Of a stretch of DNA of 64,000 nt, positions 41,202 to 50,666 are shown piece after piece. The position numbers and the translations under genes are program-made. Position 1 is the stretch's first letter; every line of letters starts with the position of its first letter. The notes under the pieces are model-generated. The model had not been told where the DNA came from and searched no databases. It saw nothing but the letters and a program-made list of their open reading frames with translations. Where the stretch lies: NCBI GenBank assembly GCA_964607825.1, contig CAZSNA010000004.1, positions 14,160 to 78,159 of the forward strand, in the 5' to 3' direction. The stretch is from an uncultured Fibrobacteraceae bacterium. Its GTDB lineage: Bacteria; Krumholzibacteriota; Krumholzibacteriia; LZORAL124-64-63.

Positions 41202-43670
41202 ATGGGGGAGTACCTGAATCCCGATATCGGATCCCACGTCCGCGCGACGGACGCCGTGGATCCCGACCTGCTCGACCTCGCCCGGGTCCGCTACCGGCAC
41301 GAGGACTTCGAGGGCGCGCTGGAGACCTGCCGGCACGCCCTCGGAGAGGACGGCGACCGGCCGGCGCCGAACGGCGACGGGCTCTGCCCGCTGCGCCGCG
41401 ACGCCGTGCTGATCGCCGCCTGGTGCTACTACGATCTGCGCCGCTTCGTCGATTGCCGGGCCTGGCTGTTCAAGGCCCGCGACAAGGGCTGGATCGCGGA
41501 CCTGGACGTGGAGGCCGCCGCCGTCGAGTTGTGGATGCACAACTGCGAGGGCCGCTACGAGGCGACCGTCGACGAGGTGGGACATCTGCTGGAACGGGCC
41601 GAGCCGCCCCTGGACCTGGTCGATCGCGGCTGGCTGTTCTACACCCGAGGCGCCGCCCTGCGTCATCTCGGCGACATGGCCGCCTCCCTGGACGACCTGA
41701 TGACCGCGCGCACCCTCTTCCGCCTGGTCGGCCGGCGCGATCTGCGGGCCGAGGTGGGCAACCTCGTGGGGTTGGTGCGCTTCCGCCTGCGCCGCTTCGA
41801 GGAGGCCGAGGAGCTGTTCCAGGACGCCCTGGAGGTGAACCGCTCTCTCGGTCTGACTCGACGCGTCGCCGACAACCGGCAGAACCTGGGCCTGACCTTC
41901 TACAAGACGGGTCGCTACGACGAGGCCCGCCGCCACTTCACCGCGGCCATGGGCATCCGCAACCTCTCGAACGACCGCATCTGCCGCGCGCGTATCGCCC
42001 TGGGCAAGCTGGACGTGCTGCAGCGCCGCTTCGACGACGCCCGCAGCAACCTGATGGCGGCCTACACCCTGGCCGTCGACAACCACCTGCCCCGCGAGGA
42101 ATGTCTCGCCCTGGAGTTCCTGGGCGACGTGTTCCGTCACGAGGGCCGGCCCGCCGAGGCCCGGCGCTACTACGGTCGCGGCATGGTCATCGCGCGCAAG
42201 ATCGCGCCCGAGGGCGACCTGGTGCTCGAGCTGCAGCGCCGCGAGGGCGAGTGCCTGATCGCCCTGGAGAAGTACACGCAGGCCGAGGCGGTGCTCGGAC
42301 AGGCCCGCCAGCTGGCCCGCAAGCTCCACGACCCCTTCGAACTGGGCGTGGTGGAGCGCTGCCGGGCGCAGCTGGCGATCCGGCAGGGCCGGCGTCTCGA
42401 CGCGTTGACCGACACCGAGAGCGCGGTGTCCCTGCTGTCCGGCATCCGGGCCGATCACGAGCTGGCCCTGGCGCACCTGGCGGCGGCCGGACTCTACGTC
42501 GACGCCGCCTCGGACCTGCCGTTGGCCGTGGAGATCCTCGATCGAGACGCCTCCACCCGGGCCTCCGATCCCGAGGCGCCCGTGGGCCAGGTCATGGTCA
42601 CCCGCGCCCGGCGCCACGCCGTGGCCGCCGAGTTCCTCTTCCAGCGCGTGGACGAGCCCTACTGGGAGCGTCGCGTGGACGAGATGCTGGCGGTCATCGA
42701 TCGTCTGGGCCGCCGCGAAGACGGACGGCCCGGCCGCCTCACCGCCGGCGACGCCGACACCATGGTGGCCGAGTCGCCGGCCATGCGGCGCCTGCTGGCC
42801 CGCGTCGACACCTATGCCGGCTACGCCGATCCCGTGCTGGTGACCGGAGAGACCGGCACCGGCAAGGAGCTCGTCTGCCGGCGTCTGCACGATTCCAGTC
42901 CGCGCGTCGTCGCACCCTTCGTGCCGGTCAACTGCGCGGCCATTCCCGGCGACCTCTTCGAGCGGGAGTTCTTCGGACACGCCCGCGGCGCCTTCACCGG
43001 CGCCGACGCCGAGTCCCCGGGCTACGTGGCCCAGGCCGAGGGCGGCACCCTCTTCCTGGACGAGATCGGCGACCTGCCCCTGCCCCTGCAGGCCAAGCTG
43101 CTGCGCCTGATCGAGTACGGGGAGTACCGCCGTCTGGGCGATCCGCGCGAGCGCTTCGCCGACGTGCGCGTCGTCGCCGCCACCAACGCCCATCTGGCCG
43201 AGCTGGTGGAGGAGGGGCGCTTCCGCAAGGACCTCTACTACCGCCTGCGCATGCTCACCCTCGAGGTGGCGCCCCTGCGCGAGCGTCGCGAGGACGTCCG
43301 TCCCCTGCTGGACCATTTCCTCTCCCGCATGTCCGGCCGTCCGACCGAGGCCGCGGACGTGTTCCTGACCGCCGAGCTGGAGCGCATCGAGCGGTCCCGT
43401 CTCGACGGCAACGCCCGCGAGCTGATGCAGATCGCGCGCAAGGGACTGCTGCACCACTCCACCCACATGACACCGGCGGCCCCGGAGACGCCGCGCCCAT
43501 CCGCCGACGATCCTCCTGCGCGTCCGACCATCCCCGGGCGCCGGGGCCGCCCCCAGGCCGAGGAGCTCCAGCGACTGCTGGCCGATTGCGGCGGCAACAA
43601 GACCGCCCTGGCCGAGAAGCTGTCGGTGTCCCGTTCCACGCTGTATCGCTGGTTCTCTTCGATCAACTGA
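41202..43670 (+). CDS. TPR-domain sigma54-dependent enhancer-binding protein
   Basis: ~500-aa helical TPR region (NLVG..F....[19 protein letters not shown]), [37 protein letters not shown]-terminal HTH; no receiver domain. Confidence 0.92.
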   Translation: MGEYLNPDIGSHVRATDAVDPDLLDLARVRYRHEDFEGALETCRHALGEDGDRPAPNGDGLCPLRRDAVLIAAWCYYDLRRFVDCRAWLFKARDKGWIADLDVEAAAVELWMHNCEGRYEATVDEVGHLLERAEPPLDLVDRGWLFYTRGAALRHLGDMAASLDDLMTARTLFRLVGRRDLRAEVGNLVGLVRFRLRRFEEAEELFQDALEVNRSLGLTRRVADNRQNLGLTFYKTGRYDEARRHFTAAMGIRNLSNDRICRARIALGKLDVLQRRFDDARSNLMAAYTLAVDNHLPREECLALEFLGDVFRHEGRPAEARRYYGRGMVIARKIAPEGDLVLELQRREGECLIALEKYTQAEAVLGQARQLARKLHDPFELGVVERCRAQLAIRQGRRLDALTDTESAVSLLSGIRADHELALAHLAAAGLYVDAASDLPLAVEILDRDASTRASDPEAPVGQVMVTRARRHAVAAEFLFQRVDEPYWERRVDEMLAVIDRLGRREDGRPGRLTAGDADTMVAESPAMRRLLARVDTYAGYADPVLVTGETGTGKELVCRRLHDSSPRVVAPFVPVNCAAIPGDLFEREFFGHARGAFTGADAESPGYVAQAEGGTLFLDEIGDLPLPLQAKLLRLIEYGEYRRLGDPRERFADVRVVAATNAHLAELVEEGRFRKDLYYRLRMLTLEVAPLRERREDVRPLLDHFLSRMSGRPTEAADVFLTAELERIERSRLDGNARELMQIARKGLLHHSTHMTPAAPETPRPSADDPPARPTIPGRRGRPQAEELQRLLADCGGNKTALAEKLSVSRSTLYRWFSSIN

Positions 43671-43672
43671 CC

Positions 43673-43752
43673 GTCCCGCAGGACTGTCCCATCGTCCCAT
43701 CGCCGCACGGCGATGGGACGTTTGGGACGGGGGTATGGGACAGTGCGGGACA
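43673..43752. promoter_or_regulatory. Nested inverted-repeat array of GTCCC/GGGAC half-sites (putative UAS)
   Basis: GTCCCGCA/TGCGGGAC, ACTGTCCCAT/ATGGGACAGT and CGTCCCATCGCCG/CGGCGATGGGACG. Confidence 0.7.
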
Positions 43753-43829
43753 GTCGGGTCAGGGTGTTGTATCCGTGTAACTCGATGTATTCAGGCCAGA
43801 TAGTCTAAATCGGCATATTTTCCTGGAAA

Positions 43830-43846
43830 CTGGCCCCGTTCCTGCA
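43830..43846 (+). promoter_or_regulatory. sigma54 promoter
   Basis: CTGGCCCCGTTCCTGCA: GG at 43832-33 and GC at 43844-45 (N10), preceded by an AT-rich spacer. Confidence 0.65.
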
Positions 43847-43856
43847 ACAGGGGAAG

Positions 43857-43938
43857 TAGACAGGACACTTCCCCCTTTCGTGTTCTGCGAGTGCAGGTAA
43901 GACGATCCGGCAGGTGGGGCTGCCGGATCGTCGCTTTT
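43857..43938 (+). ncRNA. Candidate ~80-nt sigma54-dependent sRNA with an anti-SD-like loop
   Basis: Stem CAGGACAC/GTGTTCTG with loop TTCCCCCTTTC. 13-bp terminator stem GACGATCCGGCAG/CTGCCGGATCGTC plus GCTTTT. No plausible ORF. Confidence 0.6.
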
Positions 43939-43940
43939 CG

Positions 43941-44999
43941 TCAGGGTGTCTCGCCGCCGTCCGCCTGATTCCGCAGGTACACATCCCGCTTCGGATACGG
44001 AATCTCCACCCCCGCCTCCACCAGCGTCCCATAAACCCGCTCCGTCAGCGCGTCGATCACCCGCCCGCGGTACACCGGCTCGCTCACCCAGGCCAGCAGC
44101 TCGAACTTCAGCCCCGACTCGCCCAGCAGCCGGAAGCGCACCCGCGGCGCCGGCTCGGCGATCAGGTGGGCGACCCCGTCGCAGCAGCCGAGCAGCAGGG
44201 CGCGCACCTGGTCCACGTCGCTGCCGTAGGCCACCGACACCGGCACCCGCACGCGCATCTTGTCGTAGGGGCCGCCGGTCTCGTTGATGATCTTGGCGTT
44301 GCCGATGATGGCGTTGGGGACGGTGACTTCCACGTCGTCGCGGGTCAGGATGCGCGAGGAGCGCAGGCCGATCTCGGTGACCTGCCCGCGGGTCACGTCG
44401 TCGATCACGATGAAGTCGCCGATCTTGAAGGGCGCGTCCGCCAGGATGAACACGCCGGCGAAGAGGTTGGCCAGGGTGTCCTTGGCCGCGAAGCCCACCG
44501 CGATGCCGGCCACGCCCGCCGAGGCCAGCCAGGTGGTCACCTCGATCCGCCAGGCCGAGAGCAGGAAGTAGAAGGCGGCGCCGTAGACCAGGATCTTCCA
44601 CAGCATGATCATCAGCGGCAGGGTCTTGGTCTGCACCACGCCGGTCTCGCCGCCCCTGCGGCTGGCGGCCTTCAGCAGCAGGGTGCCGATGCCCACCAGC
44701 ACCACCGACCACACCACGATGCCCACGGTCTTCAGCACGCCCACCAGCGCGAAGTGGGCCGCCGCGGTCTGGATCCACAGCAGCGACCAGGCCGCGCCCG
44801 CCAGCCACACGGTCAGGATGACCGGGCCGCGCAGGCGGTTGACGACCTCGTCGTCCAGATCGGTGGCGCTGCGGCGGCTCAGGCGCACCAGCAGGGGGAA
44901 CACCGCCAGCCGGATCAGCAGCACCGCCACCAGGGTGATCGCCAGGCGCATGAGGGTGGCGATGATCCGCGTGTCCAGGTTGTCGAACCACTCGGGCAT
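43941..44999 (-). CDS. mscS: Small-conductance mechanosensitive channel family protein
   Basis: AGVAGIAVGFAAKDTLANLFAG, PFKIGD, IGLRS, VPN, EIPYP. Confidence 0.9.
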   Translation of the reverse strand: MPEWFDNLDTRIIATLMRLAITLVAVLLIRLAVFPLLVRLSRRSATDLDDEVVNRLRGPVILTVWLAGAAWSLLWIQTAAAHFALVGVLKTVGIVVWSVVLVGIGTLLLKAASRRGGETGVVQTKTLPLMIMLWKILVYGAAFYFLLSAWRIEVTTWLASAGVAGIAVGFAAKDTLANLFAGVFILADAPFKIGDFIVIDDVTRGQVTEIGLRSSRILTRDDVEVTVPNAIIGNAKIINETGGPYDKMRVRVPVSVAYGSDVDQVRALLLGCCDGVAHLIAEPAPRVRFRLLGESGLKFELLAWVSEPVYRGRVIDALTERVYGTLVEAGVEIPYPKRDVYLRNQADGGETP

Positions 45000-45014
45000 G
45001 GTCTCCTCCTCGGG

Positions 45015-46424
45015 CTACAGGTAGCCGAGCGCCTCCAGGTTGCGGCGCATGCGGGGATCGATCTGGATGGTGGGGGGCGTCCGCGTCTCGTCGCCGGGAC
45101 GGCCCGCCAGGGCCTCGGCCGCCGCGTCCAGGGCGGCGTCGAGGGCGTCGGTCGGCAGGCGCGGCGACAGCTCCCAGGGGTCGGCGTCCAGGTCGTACAC
45201 GGCGACGGGGGCGTCGCGGGTCTCGTCGTCGCCCAGCGGGCCCGGCCGGACGACGCTGCGCCCGCCCGCCCGCGTCCAGGTGAAGCGCCGCGCCTCGCAG
45301 AAGCCCGTCAGGACCTCGCGCCCATCGACCCGGACGCTGCGCCGGGCGCGCGCCGCCTCGTCGGCCGGCGAGACCGGTCGCCCGACCAGTTCGGGCAGCA
45401 GGGAGAACCCGTCGATGTCGTTGTCGGGCTCGAGGCCCGCGGCGTCGAGCACCGTGGGCAGGATGTCCATGAAGCTCACCTCGGTCTCGACGACCGCCTC
45501 GCGCGGGGCGGCGCCGCCGGGCAAGGTCACGATCAGCGGCACGTCCGTGATCTGCGGACCCAGCAGGTCGCCGTTGTGGCCCCAGCCCCCGTGCTCCCAG
45601 AACGACTCGCCGTGGTCGCTGGTCACGATCAGCAGCAGGTTCTCGTCCAGGCCCTCCTCGGCCAGGTCGTCCAGGAAGGCGCCCAGCAGGCGGTCCGTGT
45701 AGCGGATGCCCGCGTCGTAGAGGCCGACGATCTCGGTGGCGGTCTCGTCGTCGGGCCGGCCGAAACGGTGCTTCTCGAGCTCGCGGATGTTCGCGGAGAT
45801 CTTGGTGCGGTGATAGCCGAGGATCTCCCGCGTCTCCCTGGGCGGCGGCATGTAGGGCGCGTGGATCTCGTAGGTGTGCAGGAAGAGGAAGATGTCCTCC
45901 GCGGGGTGTTCCCGCAGCCAGTCCAGGCCGTGACGCAGGATGTTGCCCCACTGGCCGGTCTCCTTCTCGGAGGACCACCAGAGTTCGAAGCCCCGATGCA
46001 GGCCGTAGGTCTGCGTCATGAACGCGCCGCCGGTGTAGGCCGCCGTCGCGAAGCCCGCCGCCAGCAGCGGCTCCATCAGGCTCGGCACGTCCTCGCCCAG
46101 GGCCTGGTCCTCGCGCCGTACGCCGTGCCCCTTGTTGAACAGGCCCGTGAAGAAGGAGGCGTGGGACGGCAGGGTCCAGTTGGTCGGCGCCGTCGCCCGC
46201 GCGAAGCGCGCGCCCTTCGCCGCCAGCGCGTCCATGCGCGGACTTGTGTCGCGCCCGTAACCGTGGCAACCCAGGTGGTCGCCCCGCAGACTGTCCAGGC
46301 AGATCACGATCACCCGTCGCGGCCCGGGTCCGAACACGGGCGCGTCGCTGCGCGGCGCCTCGTCGTTCCGTCCGCAGGCGAGGACGGTGAGCAATAAAAG
46401 GGGAAGGAGCCGACGCGATCTCAT
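45015..46424 (-). CDS. Sulfatase-like hydrolase/transferase lipoprotein
   Basis: Lipobox LAC, DSLRGDHLG, WTLPSHASFFTG, H.PY, TSDHGE, L.ALGYL. Confidence 0.85.
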   Translation of the reverse strand: MRSRRLLPLLLLTVLACGRNDEAPRSDAPVFGPGPRRVIVICLDSLRGDHLGCHGYGRDTSPRMDALAAKGARFARATAPTNWTLPSHASFFTGLFNKGHGVRREDQALGEDVPSLMEPLLAAGFATAAYTGGAFMTQTYGLHRGFELWWSSEKETGQWGNILRHGLDWLREHPAEDIFLFLHTYEIHAPYMPPPRETREILGYHRTKISANIRELEKHRFGRPDDETATEIVGLYDAGIRYTDRLLGAFLDDLAEEGLDENLLLIVTSDHGESFWEHGGWGHNGDLLGPQITDVPLIVTLPGGAAPREAVVETEVSFMDILPTVLDAAGLEPDNDIDGFSLLPELVGRPVSPADEAARARRSVRVDGREVLTGFCEARRFTWTRAGGRSVVRPGPLGDDETRDAPVAVYDLDADPWELSPRLPTDALDAALDAAAEALAGRPGDETRTPPTIQIDPRMRRNLEALGYL

Positions 46425-46508
46425 CACACATCACCGGTTCGAGGGGGTGCCGTCATCCACTTCAGATGGTAGCGCTTCGACGGCGTTTTGTCTGCCGCCG
46501 CCCGGCCC

Positions 46509-47645
46509 TCACCGATTGAACAACCTGTCCCAGAACCCCCCTTTTTCCACCGCCTCGGCCGTCACCAGGTCCACCGACCCGAGCGTCACCCCGTCGAGCA
46601 GCGCCACCGCCCGCCCGACCGGCTCTCCCGCCGGCACCGGCGCCTCCACCTTCTCCGGCAGGTCGTAGCGGAACTCGATGTCGCCGCTGCGCTCCTTGCG
46701 CACGCCGACCACCAGCGGATCGGTGTAGGCCAGGGCGGCTTCCTTGCTCTTGCCCCCCTTGATGGACAGCGCCTCGGGGCAGGGATCGCCCGCCGCGGCG
46801 ACCAGGGTGAGCCGGGTGTACTCGGCGAAGCCGCGGGCCAGCAGGCGGGTGGTCTCGCGGCCGCGGGCCTCGTTGGTGGTGGCGCCCATGATCACCGAGA
46901 TCAGGCGCACGCCCTTCTGGGTGGCGGCGGCGGTGAGGCAGTAGCCGGCCTGGCTGTGGAAGCCCGTCTTGATGCCCTCCAGCCCGCGCAGCTTGCCGAC
47001 CAGGGGGTTGGGGTTGGTCAGGATGAACTGGCCGTCGCGGAAGGGCACCCGGTCGCTGACCGCCCACTCGAGGGCCTCGGGGTAGCGACTGAGCTCGCGC
47101 CCGAGCAGGGCCATGTCGTAGGCCGATGAGCGGTCGGCCTCCTGGCGCCAGCCGGGGGGGAGGCCGTGGACGAAGTGGAACTCGGTGTCGTGCATGCCCA
47201 GCTCGCGCGCGCGACGGTTCATCAGGTCGACGAAGGCCTCCACGCTGCCGCTGGTGTGCTCGGCCAGGGCCACGGCCGCGTCGTTGGCCGAGTGCACGGC
47301 CAGGGCCAGCAGCAGGTCGTGGACGCTGAACACCTCGCCCTGCTTCAGGTAGACCTGCGAGCCGCCCATCTTGCTGGCCTTGGCCGACACGGTGACCTGG
47401 TCCTCCATGCGCAGGTCGTTCTCGGCGATCAGCTCGAGGATGATCAGCTCGGTCATCATCTTGACCATCGAGGCCGGGGGCAGGGGCTCGTGCTCGTTCT
47501 CGGCGAAGAGCACGTCGCCGGTCCTCGCGTCCATCACGAGGGCGGAGTCGTAGTCGCCGGAGGTCTCGGCGGCGGGTGCCGCGGCGACGGCCAGGCAGGC
47601 CAGTGCGAGGGCGGCGAAGACGGTGCGGGCGTCCGTGCGGGGCAT
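46509..47645 (-). CDS. D-alanyl-D-alanine carboxypeptidase (peptidase S11, PBP5/6-like)
   Basis: PASMVK, SAND, KTG motifs; signal peptide; PBP5 C-terminal domain. Confidence 0.92.
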   Translation of the reverse strand: MPRTDARTVFAALALACLAVAAAPAAETSGDYDSALVMDARTGDVLFAENEHEPLPPASMVKMMTELIILELIAENDLRMEDQVTVSAKASKMGGSQVYLKQGEVFSVHDLLLALAVHSANDAAVALAEHTSGSVEAFVDLMNRRARELGMHDTEFHFVHGLPPGWRQEADRSSAYDMALLGRELSRYPEALEWAVSDRVPFRDGQFILTNPNPLVGKLRGLEGIKTGFHSQAGYCLTAAATQKGVRLISVIMGATTNEARGRETTRLLARGFAEYTRLTLVAAAGDPCPEALSIKGGKSKEAALAYTDPLVVGVRKERSGDIEFRYDLPEKVEAPVPAGEPVGRAVALLDGVTLGSVDLVTAEAVEKGGFWDRLFNR

Positions 47646-47739
47646 GGGGCTTCCTTTGCGAAACGGGTCGTCGGGTCTTCCGGGGCGACGGGTCGTACGG
47701 CGACGGGTTGCGGACGGGGCCGACCCTACAGGGCGCGAC

Positions 47740-48153
47740 TCAGAACTTCAACGGTCCGCCGTCCTTCATGTCGGCCAGGGTGAGACGGCCGAGCATCTCC
47801 TTGATGGCGTCGCGGCGCGGGCCCCATTCCTGGTGCATGGGGCAGGGATCGTCGTCGCCGCAGGTGGGGAACCCGAGGATGCAGCGTTCGTAGTCCTCCT
47901 GTCCGTCCACGACGTCCACGATGTCCAGCAGCGTCGTCTCGTCCAGGGAACGGGCCAGGCGGTAGCCCCCGCGCATGCCGCGGGTGGCCGTCACGAGGCC
48001 GGCCTCGGCCAGGGTCCTCATCAGCTGGGCCAGGTACTTCTCGGGGATCGCCAGCTTGTCGTGGAGACGGCGCACCGAGCAGGGCGCGCAGTCGGAGGCG
48101 GCCATGTAGATCAGGGCGCGGATGGCGTATTCGGATGTCTTGGAGAGTCGCAC
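47740..48153 (-). CDS. Rrf2-family transcriptional regulator
   Basis: SKTSEYAIRAL, RG..GGY.L, CILG...C....PCPMH. Confidence 0.88.
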   Translation of the reverse strand: MRLSKTSEYAIRALIYMAASDCAPCSVRRLHDKLAIPEKYLAQLMRTLAEAGLVTATRGMRGGYRLARSLDETTLLDIVDVVDGQEDYERCILGFPTCGDDDPCPMHQEWGPRRDAIKEMLGRLTLADMKDGGPLKF

Positions 48154-48286
48154 GCGGGCTCCCGTCTCGGAGATGTCGTCGTCTCGGATGATCCGGACAG
48201 ATCATGCCATACGTCGCCGCGCAGACCAAGTTCCGCTTGTCCGCCGTGCGGGAAGAGGATTGAATGAGGGTTCGGGAGGAGTGCCC

Positions 48287-49837
48287 ATGCGCGTCGCCGT
48301 CGCCGCCAGCCTGATCCTGTCCGTCGCCGTCCTGCTGCTGGTCGGCTGCGGCGGACGCCAGGCTGTGCCCGTGCCCTACGACACGGTGTGGGTCAGCCGG
48401 GCCGCGTCGGACTCCCTGGGGCTCGAGGCGTTCCGTCGCCTGCCGTCGCCCACGGCCGCCGCCCGTCGCGAACGGGCCCGCGCCTGTCTCGTCCGCGCCG
48501 ATCGCGCCCGGGGCGTCGCCCCCCGCGTACGTCAGCTGTGCACCGCCGCCGGCCTGACGCCCGACGATCCCGTGATCTGGTTCCGCCTGGCCGAGGACAC
48601 CTTCGGCCTGGGCGACACGCGGCGCGCGCTGGACTACCTCGACCGGGCCGAGGCCGCCATCCTGGTCCGCGACGCCGAGGACCGTCGCGACCTGCGCCGG
48701 CGCCTGGCCCAGGCCCGCGCCTGGCTCCACCGCCACCGAGGCCGCTGGGCCGAGGCCCACGCCTGGGCCGACAGCGCCGCGCGCTACGCCCCCGAGGAGC
48801 GCGAGACCAAGATGCTGCAGGGCCTGACCCGCGCCAACCACGGCGACCTGCGCGGGGCCTTCAACATCGCGCGCGAGATCGAACGCCTGCACTTCTTCCG
48901 CTTCGAATGGCGCTGGATCCGCGGCATGGCCGAACTGGCCCGGGGCAGCGTGGACAACGCCTACCACTGGCTCCGCGACGCGCGCCCCGACGGCCCCTGG
49001 TCCGCCCGCTTCTACCGCGACCTGGCCCAGGTCTGCGAGCAGGTCGGCAACCTCGGCGAGGCCCGCCGTTTCCACGGCTACAGCCTGGCCGCCCTCGATC
49101 TGGAGCCCGGCCTCTGCGGCGAGCCCGTCGAGGTGGCGATCCCCCGCGCGGAGGGCGGGGCGGACCGGGTTCCGATCTGGTGGTCCCTGGGCCGTCTGTC
49201 CGTCGCCGGCTCGCGCCTGGGCGCGGCCCTGGCGGCGGTCGACAGCTTCCGCGTCGAACGTCCGCCGGCCGGACGCGGGATCTGGGCCGACACGGCCCAG
49301 GACCTGCTCAGCGACTGCATCCGCCACGGCCTGGACGAGCTGCGCTGCCGTCGCGAGCGCGGCCTGCTCTACGCCGAGATGGGCTTCGCCGAACTGGCGC
49401 TGGCCGACCTGCGCCGGGTGGTGGCCGATCTCGAGTCCCGCGACGAGATCGAGCCGGAGATCTTCGCCCTCTACGGCCATCTGCTCAACGGCGACCGCAA
49501 GTACCAGCAGGCCCTGTCGTACCTGCAGAAGGCCGTGGACGTGCGCCCCGACCTGGCGCGGGCCTGGAGCGCCCTGGGCTTCAACCTGCTGATGACCGCC
49601 CAGGGCGCCGCCGGCGAGACGGCCCTGGAGCGCGCCCTCGCCCTGGATCCCGACCTGCCGGAGGCCTGGTACAACCTCGGCCTCTCGCATTATTATGCCC
49701 ATCGGTGGGGCGACGCGGCCGCCGCCCTGGAACGCGCCCTGGAACTGGCGCCGGACAATCCCGACATACTTCCGTTGCTGCAGCAGTCGCGGGGACGGGC
49801 GCGACGCGCCGTCCGCGCCGAAGAGGAGACGCCATGA
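48287..49837 (+). CDS. TPR-repeat lipoprotein
   Basis: GGAGGAG RBS, lipobox LVGC, TPRs (EAWYNLG, AWSALG). Confidence 0.8.
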   Translation: MRVAVAASLILSVAVLLLVGCGGRQAVPVPYDTVWVSRAASDSLGLEAFRRLPSPTAAARRERARACLVRADRARGVAPRVRQLCTAAGLTPDDPVIWFRLAEDTFGLGDTRRALDYLDRAEAAILVRDAEDRRDLRRRLAQARAWLHRHRGRWAEAHAWADSAARYAPEERETKMLQGLTRANHGDLRGAFNIAREIERLHFFRFEWRWIRGMAELARGSVDNAYHWLRDARPDGPWSARFYRDLAQVCEQVGNLGEARRFHGYSLAALDLEPGLCGEPVEVAIPRAEGGADRVPIWWSLGRLSVAGSRLGAALAAVDSFRVERPPAGRGIWADTAQDLLSDCIRHGLDELRCRRERGLLYAEMGFAELALADLRRVVADLESRDEIEPEIFALYGHLLNGDRKYQQALSYLQKAVDVRPDLARAWSALGFNLLMTAQGAAGETALERALALDPDLPEAWYNLGLSHYYAHRWGDAAAALERALELAPDNPDILPLLQQSRGRARRAVRAEEETP

Positions 49838-50586
49838 CCGACTTCCGCATCGACGACCTGATCCACGACGGCGACTGGTACGACCGCATCAACACCTTCG
49901 ACCACGACCTGCCGTTCTACCGCCGCCTCGCGCAGGAGGCCGACGGGCCCGTGCTCGAGCTCTGCGCCGGATCGGGCCGCCTGACCCTGCCCCTGGCCGA
50001 GGCCGGCGTCGCCGTGACCGGCCTGGACGTCTCGCCGCTCATGCTCGCCGCCGCGCGCCGCAAGGCCGCCGCCCGCGGCGTCGAGGCGGAGTTCGTCGAG
50101 GGGGACATGCGCTACTTCGACCTGGGCCGCCGCTTCGCCCTGATCTTCGTCCCCTTCAACTCGCTGCAGGTCCTCTACACGGACGAGGACGTGTCCTGCG
50201 CCCTCGAGCGGATACGCGCCCATCTGCTGCCCGACAGCCGTTTCGTCTTCGACGTCTTCAACCCCGATCCGCGCGTCCTGGTGGAGCGCAGCGAGGGCTG
50301 GACCGAGACCTTCCGCTTCATGCTGGACGACGGCCGCGAATGCGTCGTCAGCGAGCGCTGCGACTACGACGACGCCGCGCAGGTCAACCGCGTCACCTGG
50401 CGCTACGAGGCCGGCGACGAGGAGCGCCGCGCGCAGCTCGACATCCGCTGCTTCTATCCGCGGGAGATGGACCTGGTCCTCGCGCGCCACGGGTTCGAGG
50501 TGGAGGACAAGTTCGGGGACTTCGAGGGGACGCCGTTCCGGAAAGGGGCGGGGAAGATGGTGTACGTGTGCCGGGCGGCGGTCTGA
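49834..50586 (+). CDS. Class I SAM-dependent methyltransferase
   Basis: VLELCAGSGR, GLD.S..ML, GDMR, PFNS; ATGA overlap. Confidence 0.88.
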   Translation: MTDFRIDDLIHDGDWYDRINTFDHDLPFYRRLAQEADGPVLELCAGSGRLTLPLAEAGVAVTGLDVSPLMLAAARRKAAARGVEAEFVEGDMRYFDLGRRFALIFVPFNSLQVLYTDEDVSCALERIRAHLLPDSRFVFDVFNPDPRVLVERSEGWTETFRFMLDDGRECVVSERCDYDDAAQVNRVTWRYEAGDEERRAQLDIRCFYPREMDLVLARHGFEVEDKFGDFEGTPFRKGAGKMVYVCRAAV

Positions 50587-50611
50587 GCGCGTCGCCCGGT
50601 CCCGGATAGAC

Positions 50612-50648
50612 GGGGCCCCGGTCCATCCCTGGACCGGGGCCCCATTTC
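50612..50648. terminator. Hairpin between convergent genes
   Basis: GGGGCCCCGGTCCA-TCCC-TGGACCGGGGCCCC. Confidence 0.7.
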
Positions 50649-50666
50649 ATTGCACGTGTGAACCGG

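Noticed and set aside
43805-44032. 75-aa minus-strand ORF across the sRNA candidate
   Set aside because: It overlaps mscS out of frame, has no RBS, crosses the terminator and has non-host codon usage.
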